From a marine bacterium B5-7 (GTDB taxonomy: Bacteria > Pseudomonadota > Gammaproteobacteria > Arenicellales > CAJQKF01): a stretch of DNA of 64,000 nt. The notes beneath the pieces are model-generated. The model saw only the letters and a list, made by a program, of their open reading frames with translations. It was not told where the DNA came from and did not search any database. Positions 59,428 to 64,000 of the stretch are shown here, piece after piece. Both the position numbers and the translations under genes were made by a program. Position 1 is the first letter of the stretch, and the number at the start of each line of letters is the position of its first letter. Location of the stretch: positions 4,256 to 68,255 of the forward strand of contig BQJD01000014.1 in assembly GCA_021604525.1 (NCBI GenBank), in the 5' to 3' direction.

Positions 59428-60543
59428 TTACTGGCCACCGCATGCAATTCGTAACTCGTCGCATACCGGGTCGAGTACAGGTGCCAGTTGCTTACGCATC
59501 AACGAGCCAACCGCGGAGCTTTTTACACAATAGTCGCGGATGAGTGAATCGCCTGCCATCGATAAAAATCGTAGCGCGTAAACTCTTTTTTTCAGTTCAA
59601 CCGGAAAAACACCAAAGCCTGGCGAGGAGTGTTCAGTCAGTCGTTGGTGTATCTCATCAATACTGGCGCATTCTTCGCCAGGTGGCCGTAGTGGAGCCAG
59701 GGTTGATGTAATAACTCCAAGGCAGGCGCTGACGATTTCCTGGTCGGCTGCCTGTGTCAGTACTTTCTCGGTGACTCTGCAAAATTGTTGTCCGGGCGTA
59801 TCGAGTAACAGGGGCATCAAGTTCCCGAAGTCATTCCCGGTATCAACTGACGATGTGCCCCGGTTCCATGTGAGTGACGGATCGGTGCCGTGATTTCTGT
59901 ATTGGCCGGTTTTCATAACCGGTGGAAGATTAAGGGGTCGCGCCATCAGGAAACCAAGCAGGATACTGGTTTTTCTTTGGGCCCGCCGCCACAGTGAATT
60001 GACGATATCGCCATCAATACTTGCTACTTTGAGAATGAGTGCCGTATCCCGCGCCACCATTAAATATTCAGTTTCAAATGGCAGGAATTCAAGGAGATAG
60101 TCAGCGACCTCCTGACCGATCGACGCTTCGCAAATACGGTCATGTTCGAGTAGAAAACGCGCTGTTTCCGATGACTGATAGGCCCACCAGACTTTGGCCG
60201 CCGTTGTCGGATCAAGTGTCGTTGCCGCGGCGACTGCAATCACCGCTTCCGGTTCCCCCAGCTTTAACAGATCGTTCAAGCGGTTACTCTTGACTTGCCG
60301 CATTCTCGTCCAGCGCGACAGAAATCCTGGATAGCCTGAAGGTGAGTCGATTGCCTGGCTGGACAACAGTTCCCGCACCTTTTTAAGGTAGCGTTGGTTT
60401 TGTCCAGCCACATTCAAACGTACCATGTGTTCGGTATCTTCCCCGAGTCCGTACACCGTCATGGTCGCTTCGTCGATGCGAATGGCATCGGAGCGGGCGA
60501 TAAGAACCTGTAGACGCAGGGCATCCTCGGCATTCAGTTCCAT
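59428..60543 (-). CDS. Hypothetical cytoplasmic protein (371 aa) ending in CDELRIACGGQ
   Basis: Long ORF with balanced composition and no motif I can name. Its size and context are compatible with what is reported for DsrS, but I cannot verify similarity. Confidence 0.62.
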   Translation of the reverse strand: MELNAEDALRLQVLIARSDAIRIDEATMTVYGLGEDTEHMVRLNVAGQNQRYLKKVRELLSSQAIDSPSGYPGFLSRWTRMRQVKSNRLNDLLKLGEPEAVIAVAAATTLDPTTAAKVWWAYQSSETARFLLEHDRICEASIGQEVADYLLEFLPFETEYLMVARDTALILKVASIDGDIVNSLWRRAQRKTSILLGFLMARPLNLPPVMKTGQYRNHGTDPSLTWNRGTSSVDTGNDFGNLMPLLLDTPGQQFCRVTEKVLTQAADQEIVSACLGVITSTLAPLRPPGEECASIDEIHQRLTEHSSPGFGVFPVELKKRVYALRFLSMAGDSLIRDYCVKSSAVGSLMRKQLAPVLDPVCDELRIACGGQ

Positions 60544-60687
60544 CGGCCTTGCCTGTGTAATGACGCACCACCACGATAGGGGGCGCTAATGGAGATATTA
60601 GAAATCACTAAAGGCGGCTGCTGTTCTTAAATCAAATGAATTGAGATAATACCTGAGTTGTGTATCACTTATCTCAGAGGAATTATC

Positions 60688-60882
60688 GTGAACGAGGCTT
60701 ACTACAAAACCGTTGATGAGCTTGAAAAAATGGGCGTTGATGCTGACTATATCAAAGGCTGGATGGGTGGATTTTTAGGAAATCCCCATCGTGAGGAGCA
60801 GCGTGTAACCGATGCGTATACGGCAGGTTATGAAGACGGCCAGAGTCAAACAACCAGCAAAGCCGAACAGTTCAAGCATTAA
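60688..60882 (+). CDS. Small hypothetical protein (64 aa from the GTG)
   Basis: AGAGGA RBS 7 nt upstream of the GTG at 60688. Hydrophilic. The track ORF starts at 60658. Confidence 0.4.
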   Translation: MNEAYYKTVDELEKMGVDADYIKGWMGGFLGNPHREEQRVTDAYTAGYEDGQSQTTSKAEQFKH

Positions 60883-60967
60883 TCAGCAAGCTGAGTAACC
60901 GAATCCTGAAAGGAAAGGTTGTAGCAAATTGGGTATTGATCGATCCGTTATTCACTGATTGACGGTG

Positions 60968-61570
60968 TTACTCCGGGGGATTCATATTGGACATGACGTT
61001 CGCCGTACCAAAAAGACTATCCATACCGTTTTTAAGTTCGAGCACCGCCTCCGGGGCATCGATTTCCATCACCTGATCGATCACCCAGCGGTTGGCCTGG
61101 GTGTCCCCCATGAGGTCCTGGGCATGTCTGCCGAGGCCTCGCATCATCGTGTAACCGGGTTGGTTGCTGTCAAAACCGTAGGCGGAATATTCTTCGATAC
61201 GGTTGTTGACAAGTTCGATGAATCGGCTGCTGTAGTCCGATCCATGACCATAGACATCTTCGAGATTGCGCTGATAATGGCGTGCCGCCTGTTGCGCTAA
61301 CGTGCTCACAAACGCTGCACGCGCATCTGCATCAAGGGATGTGAAAGAAAGCCGGTCGGCAACATGTATGAGAAAGCAAAGATATTCAGCAAGTACGCCG
61401 GTTCGCTGGTCGTCGTCTTCATAGTCGAAGTCTTCGCGATGCAGGTTCCTGGTTTTGTCGAGAGCAATTTGCCATGCTATGTATGCAAGGGCGGTGGCGT
61501 TTTCTTCTAGCGTGACATTACTTTTTGAGTCCCGCCACTTACTGCGTACTCTCAGGTGCTTGTTGGACAT
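60968..61570 (-). CDS. Hypothetical protein (200 aa)
   Basis: Uninterrupted ORF with helical-looking, balanced composition and no recognised motif. The antisense ORF at 60959..61300 looks like a shadow. Confidence 0.55.
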   Translation of the reverse strand: MSNKHLRVRSKWRDSKSNVTLEENATALAYIAWQIALDKTRNLHREDFDYEDDDQRTGVLAEYLCFLIHVADRLSFTSLDADARAAFVSTLAQQAARHYQRNLEDVYGHGSDYSSRFIELVNNRIEEYSAYGFDSNQPGYTMMRGLGRHAQDLMGDTQANRWVIDQVMEIDAPEAVLELKNGMDSLFGTANVMSNMNPPE

Positions 61571-61675
61571 GTTTAAATAGTGAGGCGATTATGGCAATAC
61601 ATCACGCGACCTGTTTTCCTTATTGAACAGCGCATGCTAGTTTATCATGCAGATTACCTTAAGCTGGTTTAAAAG

Positions 61676-62713
61676 ATGCACCCCGCAGAATCCCGCCTGA
61701 TATCCGAAGTGCAGTACAACTGCGACGTATCCGATGCGCGCTTCGCCGGCAATTATACGATGTGCGTGTACTTGTTAAAGATGCGTGAATACTATCGATG
61801 GCGTCATGGGTTCGGCTTCGCTGAAAATCTGTCGATGAGCGACGTCGGTGAATGGGTTCAGCAAACTGAAAGCCTGTGGGAAACTCTGGAAGACAGGCAG
61901 CATACACCGCTGATTGTCGATGGTACTTCATGCGATGTCTTTGATGATGAACGTATAAATCAACGGTTGCCTGACCGATGTCTGTTTAGCAGTGGAATCG
62001 GACGATTCGGCAAGCCGGTATTCGTTTTGGCGGAACTTGTCGACGTCAGGCATGTGGATGGCATGACCGTGCACATCGCCGGCCGTGAGTTTGCCAGGGA
62101 GCTGTCAGCACCGCCGGCCATGATCAGACAGAACCGACTATTTATTCGTCGGGAAAGTCTTGAGAGAATGCTGTGGGAGACTGTCGAGGAATGGCGCTGG
62201 CATCGGCGACCAGGGCCCATGGCCAACGTGGTTGCACACTATGATTTCGATCGTGATGAATCAAAGGCATTGTCTGATCTGCTCAATGATCAGTTGGAGC
62301 AAATGCTGCTACATGAAGTCGGTGAGTTTCGTGCCGGTCAACTGCTTGGCGATGACTGGGACAAGTTGATACTTGAACATGCCGGCAGTCAGGTTGAAAC
62401 GATCGCGCGCGCCATACGCGACTGTCTTGCCGACTGCCTGGAAGTTATTCCGCAACTTGCTGAATCGTCCCGCCGAGAATTATTGGACTTTTATATTGCC
62501 GTGTTGACACCGCTGCGTCGGGAGATGTTTCCATCAATTATTAAAGCGTATCACCAATGGCTCGATGACGGATCGCTGGGTTCTATCATCGATGTTGCCG
62601 AGAACGGTCGGCAACATTTTGAGTCCCTGGCGCGTGAACTCCTTGAATTGCATCGTAACGGATTGTTGAGCGATGCCCTTTACATGCCTCATTTTCGCCA
62701 ACAAGCGTTATAG
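61676..62713 (+). CDS. Hypothetical protein (345 aa)
   Basis: Uninterrupted ORF, soluble, no recognised catalytic motif. Divergent from the 200-aa ORF. Confidence 0.6.
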   Translation: MHPAESRLISEVQYNCDVSDARFAGNYTMCVYLLKMREYYRWRHGFGFAENLSMSDVGEWVQQTESLWETLEDRQHTPLIVDGTSCDVFDDERINQRLPDRCLFSSGIGRFGKPVFVLAELVDVRHVDGMTVHIAGREFARELSAPPAMIRQNRLFIRRESLERMLWETVEEWRWHRRPGPMANVVAHYDFDRDESKALSDLLNDQLEQMLLHEVGEFRAGQLLGDDWDKLILEHAGSQVETIARAIRDCLADCLEVIPQLAESSRRELLDFYIAVLTPLRREMFPSIIKAYHQWLDDGSLGSIIDVAENGRQHFESLARELLELHRNGLLSDALYMPHFRQQAL

Positions 62714-62875
62714 CAGTAAGGGCAGATAAGTTATTCCCGGTTACACCAGCAGCACCTCTGTAATAGCAAAACTGCTTAAGCGCACGTTTACACTATACTG
62801 CCTGGGTGGACATCTCGTTGTATAGCGCTGTCCAACAAAGTATTTGAACAACCTGTCATACCGTAGTATCAGAAA

Positions 62876-63547
62876 ATGCTCGTGACCATAGAAAAGTTGA
62901 TATCGCCGCAAGAGGTCATGGAGGTTCGACGTATCCTTGATGAGGCGACTTTTGTATCGGGACGTGTCAGCGCTGGCAAGCGGGCCGCTGCAAGGAAAAA
63001 AAATTCAGAAATTCCTGTCGGCGCGAATTCGCTTGATTCGCTCAACCGGATAGTGATGGGTGCATTGGTGCGTAATGAAACATATCGTCTGGCGACCTTG
63101 CCACTTAAAGTCGCCGCTCCATTTTATGCACGTTATGTTTCCGGTATGTACTACGATTCACACATTGATGATCCGGTGATGGGAGACGGTCCACGATATC
63201 GATCCGATGTATCGATCACCATTTTCTTGAATGCGCCGGAGGAATACCAGGGTGGGGAATTGTGTATTGATACTTCCTTTGGCGAACAGCGGATCAAGCA
63301 AAGCGCCGGTAGCGCGGTTTTATATCCATCGTCGACCCTTCACCGTGTTGATGAAGTGACAGGTGGTGAGAGGCTGGTTGCTGTGACCTGGCTGCAAAGC
63401 ATGGTGCGCAGTGAAGCTCAGCGCGAGCTGCTGTATAAATTGGCCATGGCCCGTGATCAACTGTTTTGTGAACTTCCTGATAGCAGCGCTTGCGCCACGG
63501 TCGAACAGACCTATGTCAATCTTGTGCGAATGTGGAGCGAGGTATAG
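62876..63547 (+). CDS. Fe(II)/2OG-dependent PKHD-type hydroxylase (PiuC/YbiX-like)
   Basis: 223 aa with HIDDPV (HxD), STLHRV (distal His) and RLVAVTW. The N-terminus MLVTIEKLISPQEV is typical of the family. Confidence 0.83.
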   Translation: MLVTIEKLISPQEVMEVRRILDEATFVSGRVSAGKRAAARKKNSEIPVGANSLDSLNRIVMGALVRNETYRLATLPLKVAAPFYARYVSGMYYDSHIDDPVMGDGPRYRSDVSITIFLNAPEEYQGGELCIDTSFGEQRIKQSAGSAVLYPSSTLHRVDEVTGGERLVAVTWLQSMVRSEAQRELLYKLAMARDQLFCELPDSSACATVEQTYVNLVRMWSEV

Positions 63548-63796
63548 CAGAAATTGACCTGATATCAAATTCTCACAAGAACCAATTTCAAACTGGCTGT
63601 AACTACTCCACAATACGGTGTTAATTGCTGGTTCAAATGCTCGTTTACCAATGTAAACTGCGCGTTCTCTCTCATTTTCCTTGTCTTGGCGGCCTTCGCT
63701 CAGTTTAAGGCAGGTTCTAAGCAGGTATTCATGAGGTTTTATCGGCTGAGCCCTTATCGACTGGATGAAGTCTTTATCAAATCGGTCTATTGGTCG

Positions 63797-64000
63797 CTAG
63801 CGACGCGAACCTTTTTCCTCGTGCGCCATATCTACCAATCGGTTGGCCAATTCCTGGTACTTCTGCCTGAATCCATCAAGTGTGTGACCCGCTTCCGGGT
63901 TGAAATAGTCACTTGGGTCAACGCCATTTTGATGTTCATAGTCAATAAACGTTTTTTGTAACTGAATCATCTCAGCGATGATTTGCTGTTTCTCGCTCAT
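63797..64000 (-). CDS. Small hypothetical protein (67 aa); the start codon coincides with the window edge and the gene may extend beyond it
   Basis: Hydrophilic ORF MSEKQQIIAEMIQLQKTF... Preferred over the overlapping plus-strand ORF at 63686..63961, which has an odd composition. Confidence 0.4.
   Translation of the reverse strand: MSEKQQIIAEMIQLQKTFIDYEHQNGVDPSDYFNPEAGHTLDGFRQKYQELANRLVDMAHEEKGSRR

Noticed and set aside
63686-63961. 91-aa plus-strand ORF
   Set aside because: It overlaps the more protein-like minus-strand ORF at 63797..64000. Its Phe/Arg/Val-rich translation looks like a shadow frame.
1-64000. Search for CRISPR arrays, IS elements/transposases, integrases, prophage genes, tRNA/rRNA genes
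   Set aside because: Reading both strands, I found no spaced direct-repeat array, no transposase- or integrase-like ORF, and no cloverleaf or rRNA-like segment. The window looks like core chromosome rather than a mobile island.

Overview
This 64-kb window looks like core chromosome from a sulfur-oxidising, probably autotrophic gammaproteobacterium. That assignment is inferred from gene content only. I support about 60 protein-coding genes. I saw no rRNA, tRNA, CRISPR array, transposase or integrase.

Gene order, left to right:
- A TSUP-family permease and tldD-pmbA.
- A complete cbb3 oxidase locus. ccoS-ccoI lies divergent from ccoNOQP, followed by a small membrane ORF, ccoG, ccoH and a COG2836-type membrane protein. 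Consensus Fnr boxes sit in the divergent promoter region.
- ppk(-), hemN(+, with an Fnr box), ppx(-) and fnr(-).
- yggT-proC-yggS, pilT-pilU, and a tightly overlapping minus-strand operon: tonB-like, algH, ruvX, pyrR, pyrB and a degenerate pyrC-prime.
- pilG-pilH-pilI-pilJ-chpA. This whole block follows the gene order I recall for the Pseudomonas yggT-to-chpA region, but gshB, pilK and chpB are missing.
- An IMPase-family gene, tkt-gap-pgk-fba, and an APH/P-loop kinase fusion.
- A less conventional right-hand third (47-64 kb) carrying tusA plus a DsrE-like gene, a BepA-like protease, soxXYZA (no soxB or soxCD here) and a tandem thioredoxin-fold protein.

The most interesting signal is in that right-hand third. 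Three paralogous secreted proteins are built from Met/Asn/Pro/Tyr-rich nonapeptide (NPxxY) repeats, and one of them also carries a CxxCH haem motif. Each set is followed by a DUF302 protein, and the two modules bracket the sulfur genes. A second candidate is a cluster of four orphan genes in alternating orientation. One of these ends in a Cys-x6-Cys-Gly-Gly-Gln tail reminiscent of sulfur-carrier arms.

All functional calls come from motif and synteny recognition by eye. No database search was run.
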